Part shown: positions 1-9,750 of the stretch, one piece after another
How positions within the stretch are numbered: the stretch's first letter is position 1
Layout of the letters: each line of letters opens with the position of its first letter
NCBI GenBank assembly: GCA_965227515.1
Contig: CBDDFZ010000001.1
Coordinates: 3,520,001 to 3,584,000, forward strand
Direction of reading: 5' to 3'
From: Alphaproteobacteria bacterium
GTDB taxonomy: Bacteria; Pseudomonadota; Alphaproteobacteria; CALKHQ01
Length of the DNA: 64,000 nucleotides
Program-made: the position numbers and the translations under genes
Notes under the pieces: model-generated
Database searches by the model: none
Told to the model about the DNA's origin: nothing
Seen by the model: only the letters and a program-made list of their open reading frames with translations

Positions 1-69
1 TGGGCAAGCCGTTGCGGCGATGCTGCACCTGCAAACATCGCCACAATCATCTACGGCATCGGGGGACGG

Positions 70-864
70 ATGGACGCACAGCGACTTGCCGGACGGGTGG
101 CGCTGGTCACCGGCGCGGCGCGGGGCATCGGCCGAGGCATCGCCGCCCGGCTGGCCAGCGAGGGGGCCACGGTCTGGTACACTGACATCGATGGCGACGA
201 GGCCGAAACCGCCGCGCAAGACTTCGGCGCACCTTCGGTCGGCCGAGAGATCGACATCACTGACCGCCCGGGTGTCGATACCGTTGTTGCCGAGATCGCA
301 TCAGCGCATGGGCGGCTGGACATCCTGGTCAACAACGCCGCGATCCTGGATATGACGGCGTTCGACGAATTGACCGAGGCTCGCTTCCAGCGCGTGATCG
401 ACGTCAACCTGACAGGCGCATTGACGTGCGTGTTGGCCGCCAGCGACCTGATGGCCGCGTCGGCAAGGTCCGGCCCCGGCGGGCGCATACTCAACATCGC
501 CTCCATCATGGGCCTGTTCGGCGCGCCCGACTCCCTGCCCTACTCCACCGCCAAGGCAGGCATCGTCAACATGACGCGCTGCCTGGCCTGCGACCTGGCG
601 CCCGACAACATCACGGTCAACGCCATCGCGCCCGGCTTCATCGACACCCGCATGGCGCTGCGCGACGTCGACGACCGCCAAGAGCACGAACACCAGACCG
701 ACTGGTTCAAGACCATCTATCTCAAGTACAAGCGGCTGCCCGCTGGCCGGCCTGGCAAGCCGGTCGACATCGCCGGCCCCGCCTACTTCCTGTGCAGCGA
801 CGACAGCGCGTACGTCACCGGCCAGACGCTGCTGGTCGATGGCGGCGTCTCGGCAACGTTCTAG
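70..864 (+). CDS. SDR family NAD(P)-dependent oxidoreductase
   Basis: TGAARGIG Rossmann motif, NNAA, YSTAK catalytic motif, C-terminal VDGG; GGGGGA RBS-like sequence upstream. Confidence 0.93.
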   Translation: MDAQRLAGRVALVTGAARGIGRGIAARLASEGATVWYTDIDGDEAETAAQDFGAPSVGREIDITDRPGVDTVVAEIASAHGRLDILVNNAAILDMTAFDELTEARFQRVIDVNLTGALTCVLAASDLMAASARSGPGGRILNIASIMGLFGAPDSLPYSTAKAGIVNMTRCLACDLAPDNITVNAIAPGFIDTRMALRDVDDRQEHEHQTDWFKTIYLKYKRLPAGRPGKPVDIAGPAYFLCSDDSAYVTGQTLLVDGGVSATF

Positions 865-891
865 ACAGGGTATCGGCATGCTGGGGGGCAT

Positions 892-2001
892 ATGAGCCAG
901 AGCGCGGCAATCGCGACGCCCGTGACGACACCAGGAACGGTCTCCGGCAGCGCCCTGGTGCACCTGGACGGGGTCGCCAAGACCTATGGCAAGGTCGAGG
1001 CGGTCAAGCCGTTGGACCTGGAGATCCATCGCGGCGACTTCCTGGCCATACTCGGCCCGTCGGGCTGCGGCAAGACAACCCTCCTGAAAATGATCGGCGG
1101 GTTCGAGCGCCCGACGGAGGGCACCATCCGCATCGGCGACCGCGACGTGACCGGGCTCAACCCGGAGCGCCGGCCGACCAACATGGTGTTCCAGGGCTAC
1201 GGTCTGTTCCCGCACATGACCGTGCGCCAGAACGTCGGCTACGGGCTGAAGATCGCCGGCAAGCCCCGCAATGAGATCGCGGCACGGGTCGAGGAGGCGT
1301 TGGACCTCATCCGCCTCGGCGACCTGGCGGACCGGCCCATCGACAAGCTTTCCGGCGGACAGCAACAGCGGGTGGCGCTGGCCCGGGCCCTGATCATGCG
1401 CCCCGACGTGCTGTTGCTGGACGAGCCGCTGGCCGCCCTCGACCTGAAGCTGCGCCAGGCGATGCAGGAGGAACTGCGCCGCATCCACCAGGAGACCGGC
1501 GGCACCTTCGTGTTCGTCACCCACGACCAGGGCGAGGCACTGGCGCTGGCCAACCGCATCGCGGTGATGGACGGTGGGCGCGTGGTGCAGGTGGGCAGTG
1601 CGGAGGAGATCTATTTCAAGCCGCGCACCCGGTTTGTGGCGCTGTTCATTGGCGAGGCGAACGTGTTCGACGCCACCCGCACCGGCGGCAGCGTGGTATT
1701 GCGCGACGGCGACCGCGAGCAGCGGATCGCCGCACCCGGTCCCGACGGCCCGGTCGCGGTAATGGTACGGCCTGAATCGGCGCATCTGGTCGAGCCTGGC
1801 TGGTCCGGCGGCCCCACCCTGTCCGCCCGGCTGGACGACGTGCTGTTCCTGGGCTCGGTGTTGCGCTTCGTGCTGACCACGACCGGCGGCCACCACGTCA
1901 TCGTGCACGAGACCGACATCGGCTGGCGCGACCGGGTGCGGGTCGGCGACATGGTCACCATCGGCTGGGCCGACGCCGCACAGCGCGTGATCGACGAATG
2001 A
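892..2001 (+). CDS. ABC transporter ATP-binding protein, PotA/polyamine-opine type
   Basis: Walker [17 protein letters not shown] signature, Walker B LLLDEP, C-terminal TOBE-like tail. Confidence 0.93.
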   Translation: MSQSAAIATPVTTPGTVSGSALVHLDGVAKTYGKVEAVKPLDLEIHRGDFLAILGPSGCGKTTLLKMIGGFERPTEGTIRIGDRDVTGLNPERRPTNMVFQGYGLFPHMTVRQNVGYGLKIAGKPRNEIAARVEEALDLIRLGDLADRPIDKLSGGQQQRVALARALIMRPDVLLLDEPLAALDLKLRQAMQEELRRIHQETGGTFVFVTHDQGEALALANRIAVMDGGRVVQVGSAEEIYFKPRTRFVALFIGEANVFDATRTGGSVVLRDGDREQRIAAPGPDGPVAVMVRPESAHLVEPGWSGGPTLSARLDDVLFLGSVLRFVLTTTGGHHVIVHETDIGWRDRVRVGDMVTIGWADAAQRVIDE

Positions 2002-3170
2002 AAATCTCGCGCATCGATATCTGGCCGGTCCGGGTCGACTACAGCCACGACGAGGTCAGTGCGCTGGTCGAGCGCGGCGGTGTCAGCGACGTCATCGTCA
2101 AGCTGACCACCGACGACGGCCTGGTCGGCTGGGGCGAGTGCACCCGCGCCGCCGATGTGCCTGGCATCGAGGCCGCGGTGCGTGCCATGGCGCCCCTGGT
2201 GATGGGGCGCGATCCGTGGCACCGCGACGCGATCCTGGCCGATATCCGCATCGCCGGCGGCTGGCAGTTCCAGGCGATGACCGGCAATTTCGCCTATGCC
2301 GGCATCGACATGGCGCTGTGGGACATCTGTGCGCAGGCCGCCGGCCGGCCGTTGGTCGACCTGCTCGGCGGGCCGCTGCGCGCCCTGGTCGACTATTTCT
2401 ACTACCTGCACTGGGACACGCCGGAGGGCATCGCGGCACAAGCGACAGCGGGGCGCGCGGCCGGCTACGGCGTCTACTACCTGAAGGTCGGCGTCGACGA
2501 GGCCCTGGAAGAGGCGATGCTGCTGGCGCTGCGCGACGCCGCCGGCCCGGACGCGCGCATCCGCATCGACACCAACCAGGCCTGGAGCGTGCCCGACGCG
2601 ATCCGCCTGCTGACCCGCTGGAACGACATGGTCGGCATCGACTTCGCCGAGGCGCCGGTGCCGATCCACCCCGAGCACCTGATGGCCGAGGTGAAAGCCC
2701 GCCAGCCGGTGCCGCTGTGCGTCAACGAGGGCATGTGGACAGTGCAGGACGCGGAACGGGTGATCCGCTCGCGCTGCGGCGATTATCTGTGCTTCTCGCC
2801 CTACTGGGTCGGCAGCATTGCGGAGTTCATGTGGCTGAGCCGGCTGGCCGCCCACCATGGCTGGATGATCTGCAAGCACACTCATGGCGAACTGGGCCTG
2901 ACCGCCGCCATGGGACAGCACTTGATGCTGGCGGTACCCAATGCCACCATCGGCCATCAGCAAACGGCGCAAGTCATGGCGGACGACGTGCTCACGGCGC
3001 CGGTGCCCATTGCCAGCTGCCCGTCCTGGGGCATCCCGGCGGGGCCGGGCCTGGGTGTCCAGGTCGATGAGGACAAGGTGGCCGCGCTCAACGCGGACTA
3101 CCGCGCGCACGGCGAGCACAGGGTTTATGGGAGCCGTTTCGGGGATACGACCTCGGGCGGCGAGGCATGA
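1998..3170 (+). CDS. mandelate racemase/muconate lactonizing enzyme (enolase superfamily) protein
   Basis: G.GE capping domain, GIDMALWD, metal-ligand motifs RIDTN, AEAP, NEG, C-terminal GPGLGV; ATGA overlap with the upstream gene. Confidence 0.9.
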   Translation: MKISRIDIWPVRVDYSHDEVSALVERGGVSDVIVKLTTDDGLVGWGECTRAADVPGIEAAVRAMAPLVMGRDPWHRDAILADIRIAGGWQFQAMTGNFAYAGIDMALWDICAQAAGRPLVDLLGGPLRALVDYFYYLHWDTPEGIAAQATAGRAAGYGVYYLKVGVDEALEEAMLLALRDAAGPDARIRIDTNQAWSVPDAIRLLTRWNDMVGIDFAEAPVPIHPEHLMAEVKARQPVPLCVNEGMWTVQDAERVIRSRCGDYLCFSPYWVGSIAEFMWLSRLAAHHGWMICKHTHGELGLTAAMGQHLMLAVPNATIGHQQTAQVMADDVLTAPVPIASCPSWGIPAGPGLGVQVDEDKVAALNADYRAHGEHRVYGSRFGDTTSGGEA

Positions 3171-3247
3171 TGTGGCGCGGGAGGTTTCCCGCCGCTGCAC
3201 CTACAGCCGACGGCGATGGGGCCGCGGCACTCACAGGAGGCAAGACC

Positions 3248-4390
3248 ATGCAACACAAGCCATCGAATTCGGGCCTGATCCATATCCGCTCGATGATGAT
3301 GACGCGGCGCGGCTTCAATGCCGGCGCGGCCGGGCTGGGGGCGCTCGCGGGGACCGGGCTGGCAAGCCGCGCGGCGTTTGCCGAGACCGAGGTCACCTTC
3401 CTGGGCTGGCAGGGCTACGACGAGGGCCTGTTCGTCGACGACTTCATGGCCGAGAACGAGATCACGCTCAACACGACCTATATCGGCAACAACGACGAGA
3501 TCGTCACCCGGCTGGCCTCCGGCGGCCTGGGCTCCATCGACATCGTCACCCCCTACATGGGCTACATCCCGCTGCTGGCGGAATCCGGCCTGATCCAGCC
3601 GATCGACGAATCCAAGATCTCCAACATGGGCAGCATGATGCCCCTGTTCCGCAACGACCCGAACGTCAGCGTCGACGGGGCGCTCTATGGCGTGCCGTTC
3701 ACCTGGGGCTCGGCGCCGATGATGTACAACCCTGCCGTCACCGGCGGCGTGCCGGCGTCGTGGATGGACCTGTTCAAGCCCGAGTACGAGGGCAAGGTCG
3801 GCATGATGGACGACCCGCTGGGCAACCTGATGCTGGCGGCCGTGATCGCCACCGACGCTGAGGTCGCGACCTCGCTGACCCACGAGCAGCTCAAGGCCGC
3901 CACCGACTTCCTGATCGAGGTCAAGGGCATCTCGCGCCTGGTCGCGGTGAGCTGGGGCGACCTGGCCGACGCGCTGGCGCGCGGCGATGTCGACATCACC
4001 TTCTCCGGCTGGGAGACGATCAAGAAATTCGCCGCCGACATGGGTACCACCATCGACTACACCTATCCCGAGGAAGGCACCTTCGCGTGGCTGGACACAT
4101 TCTCCATCGCCACCGACGCGCCTAATCCGGACGTCGATCACATGCTGTGCGACAAGATCATCAGCACCGAGGCGCAGGTGGTGATCGGCGGCGAGTGGCT
4201 GCAGGGCATCGTCAACAGCGACGCGGTGGCCGAACTGGGCGACGAAGCCCAGGCACTCTACCCGTACGACGACATGGACGCGTTCGGCGAGAAGGCGACC
4301 TTCTTCGCGTTCCCGCCGCTTGACGACAGCGAGGGCCTGGCCACGTTCGACGACTGGCTGGAGGAATACGAGCGCTTCAAGGTTGCCTGA
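3248..4390 (+). CDS. PotD/PotF-type ABC substrate-binding protein with Tat signal
   Basis: CAGGAGG RBS before ATG 3248; TRRGF twin-arginine motif; WQGY, YGVPFTWG and PEEG..W.D PotD-like motifs; start site uncertain. Confidence 0.88.
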   Translation: MQHKPSNSGLIHIRSMMMTRRGFNAGAAGLGALAGTGLASRAAFAETEVTFLGWQGYDEGLFVDDFMAENEITLNTTYIGNNDEIVTRLASGGLGSIDIVTPYMGYIPLLAESGLIQPIDESKISNMGSMMPLFRNDPNVSVDGALYGVPFTWGSAPMMYNPAVTGGVPASWMDLFKPEYEGKVGMMDDPLGNLMLAAVIATDAEVATSLTHEQLKAATDFLIEVKGISRLVAVSWGDLADALARGDVDITFSGWETIKKFAADMGTTIDYTYPEEGTFAWLDTFSIATDAPNPDVDHMLCDKIISTEAQVVIGGEWLQGIVNSDAVAELGDEAQALYPYDDMDAFGEKATFFAFPPLDDSEGLATFDDWLEEYERFKVA

Positions 4391-4446
4391 CCCAAGCTCA
4401 TGCATTGTTCCCGGCGGTCCACACGGCCGCCGGGGCCACCCTCCAA

Positions 4447-4513
4447 CGTCACGCGCGGACTTGAGGAGCCTGTCCTTGGGTCGGCCTTCGGCCGAGCCCG
4501 AGGGCGCATCCAT
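4447..4513. repeat. CGTC-type REP arm (family B) interrupted by a nested hairpin
   Basis: CGTCACGCGCGGACTTGA...CGCATCCAT resembles the reverse complement of the right arm of the 32501-32619 element, with an internal insert containing TCGGCC-TTC-GGCCGA. Confidence 0.6.
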
Positions 4514-4562
4514 GCCTTGGGGGCGGCGGCAATGATGCACGTAACCGTCCACAACCCTTATT

Positions 4563-4744
4563 TGTCGTCCTCGCCCTTGTGGCGAGGACCCATTTTTGTC
4601 CAGTACACCAGCAAGTTATGGTGCGAACTTGAGCGCTTGCGGCAAACTTTGATCGCACGATCGGCACTTGGGCTTCCGGGCCTCCAAGGCGCGCACCACG
4701 CATGTGACGACGATGGGCCCTCGGCACAAGGCCGAGGGCGACGA
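4563..4744. repeat. composite palindromic repeat (REPIN/BIME/MITE-like), family A copy 1
   Basis: Left arm TGTCGTCCTCGCCCTTGTGGCGAGGACCCAT (4563-4593), inverted right arm ATGGGCCCTCGGCACAAGGCCGAGGGCGACGA (4713-4744), 119-bp spacer. Confidence 0.9.
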
Positions 4745-4752
4745 TCGGCGCA

Positions 4753-5589
4753 ATGAACCGCCGCCTGCCCTGGCTGCTGGTGACGCCGTCGATGGCGATC
4801 TTCATCGCGCTGTTCGTGGCGCCGTTCGCCTATTTCCTGGTGATGAGCTTCTGGCGCAAGAACCGCTTCACCATCGAGCATGACTTCAATCTCGAAAACT
4901 ACGTCACCGCGCTGACCGACGAGAATCTGGAGATCGGCCTGCAGACGCTGGCCGTCGCGTTCGCCGTCGCCGTGCTGACCGCCGTTCTCGGCTTCATCTA
5001 CGCCTATATCGTGCGCTTCAAGGCCGGGCGCTGGGCCAACGCGCTGCTGTTCGTGGCCCTGGTCACCCTGTTCGGCGGCTATTTGATGAAGATATACGCC
5101 TGGAAGACCATTCTGGGCACCGAGGGTGTGCTGAACACAGCGTTTTCGAGCATGGGGTTGATCTCCGAGCCGATCTCCGCCCTGCTCTACAGCCCGGGTG
5201 CGGTGATCGTGACCCTGACCCACTTCCTGCTGCCGTTCGCCATCCTGCCGATCTACGGCACCATGCGCTCAATCAGCGACATCGAGCTGGATGCCGCGCG
5301 CGACCTGGGCGCCGGGCCGTGGCAGCGCATGGCCGGCATCATCGTGCCGCGGTGCCGCGCCGGCATCACCACCGCGTTCCTGTTCGCGTTCCTGATCGCG
5401 GCCGGCGACTACATCACGCCGCAGCTCGTCGGCGGCAAGCTGACCATGACCGGCAACATGATCGCGCTCCAGTTCGGCCAGCGCTTCAACTGGCCGCTGG
5501 GTGCCGCGATGTCGTTCGTGGTGTTGACGACAGCCCTGTTCGTGATTGCCGCGACCCACTCGCTGATGTCGCTGTGGCGGCCGCGATGA
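4753..5589 (+). CDS. ABC transporter permease, PotB type
   Basis: Multiple TM segments; EAA-like loop ELDAARDLGA. Confidence 0.92.
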   Translation: MNRRLPWLLVTPSMAIFIALFVAPFAYFLVMSFWRKNRFTIEHDFNLENYVTALTDENLEIGLQTLAVAFAVAVLTAVLGFIYAYIVRFKAGRWANALLFVALVTLFGGYLMKIYAWKTILGTEGVLNTAFSSMGLISEPISALLYSPGAVIVTLTHFLLPFAILPIYGTMRSISDIELDAARDLGAGPWQRMAGIIVPRCRAGITTAFLFAFLIAAGDYITPQLVGGKLTMTGNMIALQFGQRFNWPLGAAMSFVVLTTALFVIAATHSLMSLWRPR

Positions 5590-6362
5590 ACGGTATCGCC
5601 CCCCTCCTCTGGAAGCTGCTCGGCGCGATCTTCGTGTTCGTGCTGCTGTCGCCGCTGGTGCTGGTGATCGTGTTCGCGTTCACCAGCCGGTCGCTCGCCA
5701 ACTTCCCTATCGAGGCGCTGTCGCTGCAATGGTGGGGCGAGATGCTGGACCACCGGCAATTCGCCACCGCGTTCTGGAACTCGCTGATTGTCGCCGGCCT
5801 GGTCGGCCTGTGCTCGGCCACCGTCGGCACCGCTGCCGCCATCGGGTTCGCCCGGCTGCCACCAAAGCGGGCGGGCATCGGCATCGCGATCCTGGCGCTG
5901 CCGCTGATGATGCCGCCACTGGTGCTGGCCGTCGCCCTGCTGACCGCGTTCGTCAGCGTCGACATGACACTGTCGCTGACCACCGTGGTGCTGAGCCACC
6001 TGCTGTTCACCCAGCCCTTCGTCATCCTGGTGGTCTATGCCCGGATGGCGAGCTTCGACTGGCGGGTGGTCGACAGTGCGCGCGACCTCGGCGCCACGCC
6101 GCTGCGCGCGTTCTGGACCGTGACCCTGCCGATCATCCAGCCGACGGTAGTGGGCGCCGCGCTGTTCGCGGTGGCGCTTTCCATCGACGACTTCGTCATC
6201 ACCCTGTTCACCATCGGCGACGGCAATACGCTGCCGATCTTCGTGTGGGGTATGATGCGCACCGGCCTGAAGCCGACGGTCAACGCCATCGGCACGCTGA
6301 TCATCGTGATGTCAATCGGCTTCACCCTGATCGCGCTCTGGCTGACCCGGTACCGCGGCTGA
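5586..6362 (+). CDS. ABC transporter permease, PotC type
   Basis: ATGA overlap at 5586-5589; DSARDLGA loop; SIDDF motif; hydrophobic. Confidence 0.92.
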   Translation: MNGIAPLLWKLLGAIFVFVLLSPLVLVIVFAFTSRSLANFPIEALSLQWWGEMLDHRQFATAFWNSLIVAGLVGLCSATVGTAAAIGFARLPPKRAGIGIAILALPLMMPPLVLAVALLTAFVSVDMTLSLTTVVLSHLLFTQPFVILVVYARMASFDWRVVDSARDLGATPLRAFWTVTLPIIQPTVVGAALFAVALSIDDFVITLFTIGDGNTLPIFVWGMMRTGLKPTVNAIGTLIIVMSIGFTLIALWLTRYRG

Positions 6363-6379
6363 GGGAGCGCCGATCTGCA

Positions 6380-7183
6380 ATGGGCATGCTGGACGGCAAG
6401 GTCGCCATCGTCACCGGCGGTGCATCGGGCATCGGCCGCGCCGGCGTGCTGCGGATAGCCGGCGAAGGTGCGGCGGTGGTCGCAGCCGACCTCAATGAGG
6501 AGGCCGCAGAGGCCGTGGTTGGGATCGTCGAGGCGACCGGCGGGCTGGCGATGGCGCAGAAGGTCGACGTGCGCGACAGCGCCTCGGTGCAGGCGATGGT
6601 GGCCGCGACGTTGGACCGGTTCGGCAAGGTAGACGCGCTGTTCCATAACGCCGTCAACGTGCCGATGGTCAACCGGCAGGACGCGCGCATCACCGAGCTG
6701 GATGTAGACGTCTGGCACGCCATCACCGACCTGGTGCTGACCGGCACCTTCCTCACCGCCAAATACGTCGCCCAGGCGATGCTGAAGGCGGGGTCGGGCT
6801 CGATCATCCTGACCGGCACCGTCGACGCGCTGGTCGGCCAGGCAGGTCTCGACGCCTACACCGCCGCGAAGGGCGGGGTTGTGGCGATGACCCGCTCGAT
6901 GGCCGCCGGCCTCGCCGCAGACGGCATACGGGTCAACACCATCTGTCCCGGCTTCGTGGAGACCCCGCACCAGGCCGCCTTCCTGGACGACCCGGCGCAG
7001 CGCGCGGAGATCGAGGCGTTGCAGCCGCTGGGCGTGCTGTCACCCGAGGACATTGCCGAGATGGCGGTGTTCCTGGCCTCCGACCGGGCGCGGCGGATCA
7101 CCGGCGCCACCCATGTGGTGGACGCCGGCTACACCGCGATCAAGGGCGGCATGGACATCAAGGCGGTCGTCGCGCGTGAGTGA
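6380..7183 (+). CDS. SDR family oxidoreductase
   Basis: TGGASGIG, YTAAK, RVNTICPG; GAGGGAG upstream of ATG 6380. Confidence 0.92.
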   Translation: MGMLDGKVAIVTGGASGIGRAGVLRIAGEGAAVVAADLNEEAAEAVVGIVEATGGLAMAQKVDVRDSASVQAMVAATLDRFGKVDALFHNAVNVPMVNRQDARITELDVDVWHAITDLVLTGTFLTAKYVAQAMLKAGSGSIILTGTVDALVGQAGLDAYTAAKGGVVAMTRSMAAGLAADGIRVNTICPGFVETPHQAAFLDDPAQRAEIEALQPLGVLSPEDIAEMAVFLASDRARRITGATHVVDAGYTAIKGGMDIKAVVARE

Positions 7184-7209
7184 GTGAGGCTGTGCCGCAA
7201 AAACAACCT

Positions 7210-7301
7210 CGTCATGCCCGCACTTGTTGCGGGCATCCACGTCTTATTGGCCGCTTGAGCGGCCATTTTGGTGGATGCTCGGGTCAAGCCCGAGCATGAC
7301 G
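7210..7301. repeat. CGTC-type REP doublet, family B
   Basis: CGTCATGCCCGCACTTGTTGCGGGCATCCAC ... GTGGATGCTCGGGTCAAGCCCGAGCATGACG with internal hairpin TGGCCGC-TTGA-GCGGCCA; lies between convergent genes; closely similar copy at 44107. Confidence 0.9.
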
Positions 7302-7317
7302 ACTGAGGATTGTTGCG

Positions 7318-8226
7318 CTACCGCCCGAACACGCCTTGCGGCAGGCCTTTCACCCCCGGCTTGCAGGCGAAGATGGCGCCGGCCAGCGGTTGCCTGGCCA
7401 ACTCGGCGTCGTCGTGACCATAGCGCGCGGTGGTGATGTAGAGCGTGTCGAGGTCCGGGCCGCCGAACGCCGCACTGGTCACGCGCGAGGCCGGCACCTC
7501 CAGCTTGCGGTCGATGCTGCCGTCGGGCGCGAAGCGGATGACGCAGCCGCCGTCCCACCGGCAATTCCACAGATAGCCCTCGGCATCGATGGTGGACCCG
7601 TCGGGGTGCCCGAGGTCGGCGAGGTCCGCCCGGTCCTGCATCGCGAACTCGCGGCGGTTACTCAGGGAGCCGGCATCGGGGTCGAAGTCGAACGCCCAGA
7701 TACCCTTCAACGTGTCGGCGAAATAGAACAACCGGTTATCGGCGCGCCACGCCAGCGTGTTGGAGATGCCGAGCCCGGTCACCATCGCCTCGTACGATCC
7801 GTCGGGCTGCACCCGCCACAGGGTGCCGGTGTCGCCCTCCATGTCGACCGGCGAACCGTCATCGGCCAGATTGTTGTACATGGTGCCGACCCAGAACCGG
7901 CCCTGCCGGTCCGCCCCACCGTCGTTACAGCGGTTGAGCGGCTTGTCGGCCTCCGGCGCCACGAACGGCGTCAGCGCACCCGTCTCGGTGTCGAAGAACG
8001 ACAGCCCATGCACCTCGGCCACGATCAGCCCGCCCGACGTGCAGGGCGCCAACGCGCTGATCATGTTGGGCACGTCCCAGGTCTTGTGCCCGTCCGCCGC
8101 GGACCAGCGGTGCAGCCGTCTGGACGGCACGTCGGTCCAATAGAGGGCCTGCTCGCCGCCATGCCAGCACGGCCCCTCGCCCAGCCAGCATCCCGCCTCA
8201 ACGACACATTCGACCTCGGTGCTCAC
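7318..8226 (-). CDS. SMP-30/gluconolactonase/LRE family protein
   Basis: [51 protein letters not shown] motifs. Confidence 0.93.
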   Translation of the reverse strand: MSTEVECVVEAGCWLGEGPCWHGGEQALYWTDVPSRRLHRWSAADGHKTWDVPNMISALAPCTSGGLIVAEVHGLSFFDTETGALTPFVAPEADKPLNRCNDGGADRQGRFWVGTMYNNLADDGSPVDMEGDTGTLWRVQPDGSYEAMVTGLGISNTLAWRADNRLFYFADTLKGIWAFDFDPDAGSLSNRREFAMQDRADLADLGHPDGSTIDAEGYLWNCRWDGGCVIRFAPDGSIDRKLEVPASRVTSAAFGGPDLDTLYITTARYGHDDAELARQPLAGAIFACKPGVKGLPQGVFGR

Positions 8227-8303
8227 GCCCCTGCCTCCCCTTCCGTTCGCTGGCGGTATTCTCCACCCGATTGCGGCCGGGTGTCCATGGCGGAGGGTGT
8301 CGC

Positions 8304-8768
8304 CTAGCCGGTCAGCGCCAGTTGCGCCGCGAAGTCCCGTATCAGGCCGTCATAGTCCTCCCTTGGCGGGAACTTCTCATAGCTGCGCACGGCGGAGGTC
8401 GCGGCCCATGGCAGCATCTCGCTGGTGTAGGTCTCGACGTACGGCGCGAACCACCGGTTGTCGTCGAGCATGGTCGGGCGGACGTTGACCATGAAGTCGA
8501 GCCCCTCCGGCTCGGTGAACATCCAGCTCATGCAGTGCGGGCAGAAATGATGGCGGCTGGCCCCGTGCAGCCCGCCGATCACCGGCGCGCCTTCCAAGAC
8601 GTCGAACCCCTCGCGCGGTATCGCGGTACTGAGGGAATAGGCGCTGGAGGACATGCGCTGGCAGCCGGTGCAGTGGCACGCCATGGTCATGATCGGTATC
8701 GCACTGACCCTGAAGCGCACCTGGCCGCAGCGGCAGCCGCCGTCCAATGGCAGTTTCGGGAGGTCCAT
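8304..8768 (-). CDS. GFA (CENP-V/Mss4-like) zinc-binding protein
   Basis: [14 protein letters not shown] and FCPHC cysteine motifs; start at 8768 or 8774. Confidence 0.9.
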   Translation of the reverse strand: MDLPKLPLDGGCRCGQVRFRVSAIPIMTMACHCTGCQRMSSSAYSLSTAIPREGFDVLEGAPVIGGLHGASRHHFCPHCMSWMFTEPEGLDFMVNVRPTMLDDNRWFAPYVETYTSEMLPWAATSAVRSYEKFPPREDYDGLIRDFAAQLALTG

Positions 8769-8841
8769 GGGCATACCCTCCGGGTCGGTTCGGTCAGGGT
8801 GCAGTCTTGCCGCAAAAGCGGGATCGTGTATAGGCGCTGGC

Positions 8842-8857
8842 TGGCATGTCCCTTGCT
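8842..8857 (+). promoter_or_regulatory. sigma54 (RpoN) -24/-12 promoter
   Basis: TGGCATGTCCCTTGCT gives GG-N10-GC with TGGCA/TTGC, about 135 bp upstream of the exporter operon. Confidence 0.65.
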
Positions 8858-8993
8858 CCATTCTGTGACGTCACGTCGTCGCAGTTGCCGGCTGGCGCGA
8901 TGCATCATTGTGCGAACATGGTCATATTTGGAGTGTGAGCCTGTATTCCTCGCCGGGCCCAGTCTCTCGGCGCCCGGCCAAGCGGGGAGTTGC

Positions 8994-9746
8994 ATGACCT
9001 CTGCGCCCGATAGTGCCGCCGTAACCGACGCGCATGGCCCGGAAGACGTCGCGTTGTGCGCGACCGGCGTCACCAAGATCTACCGCATGGGCGCGGTGGA
9101 GGTGCACGCGCTCCGCGGTGTCGACGTCGCGTTTCGCGCCGGCGAACTGGTCGTGTTGCTGGGTCAGTCGGGCAGCGGCAAGTCCACCTTGCTCAACATC
9201 CTGGGCGGCCTCGACGTGCCGACCGCCGGCGAGGTGCGATTCCGCGACCACGACCTCACCCACGCCAGCGACCGCGCGCTCAACCTCTACCGGCGCGAGC
9301 ACGTCGGCTTCGTCTTCCAGTTCTACAACCTGATCCCCAGCCTGACCGCGCGCGAGAACGTGGCACTGGTGACCGAGATCGCGCGAAACCCGATGCCGCC
9401 GGAAGACGCGCTGGACCTGGTCGGCCTCGGCAACCGGCTCGACCACTTCCCGGCCCAGCTTTCCGGCGGCGAGCAGCAACGGGTGGCCATCGCGCGCGCC
9501 ATCGCCAAGCGGCCGGAATTGTTGCTCTGCGACGAACCGACGGGCGCGCTGGACAGCGAGACCGGCATTCTGGTGCTGGAGGCGATTTTGAAGGTTAACC
9601 AGGAGCTTGGCACCACCACGGCGCTGATCACCCACAACGCCGTCATCGCCGATGTCGCCCACCGCGTGCTGCACTTCGCCGACGGCCGCATCGTCGAGAC
9701 CCGGGTCAACCGGACCCGCCGCTCACCGCGCGACCTGGAATGGTAG
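8994..9746 (+). CDS. ABC exporter ATP-binding protein (LolD/MacB-type)
   Basis: [36 protein letters not shown]; GGGGAG RBS. Confidence 0.93.
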   Translation: MTSAPDSAAVTDAHGPEDVALCATGVTKIYRMGAVEVHALRGVDVAFRAGELVVLLGQSGSGKSTLLNILGGLDVPTAGEVRFRDHDLTHASDRALNLYRREHVGFVFQFYNLIPSLTARENVALVTEIARNPMPPEDALDLVGLGNRLDHFPAQLSGGEQQRVAIARAIAKRPELLLCDEPTGALDSETGILVLEAILKVNQELGTTTALITHNAVIADVAHRVLHFADGRIVETRVNRTRRSPRDLEW

Positions 9747-9750
9747 GACC

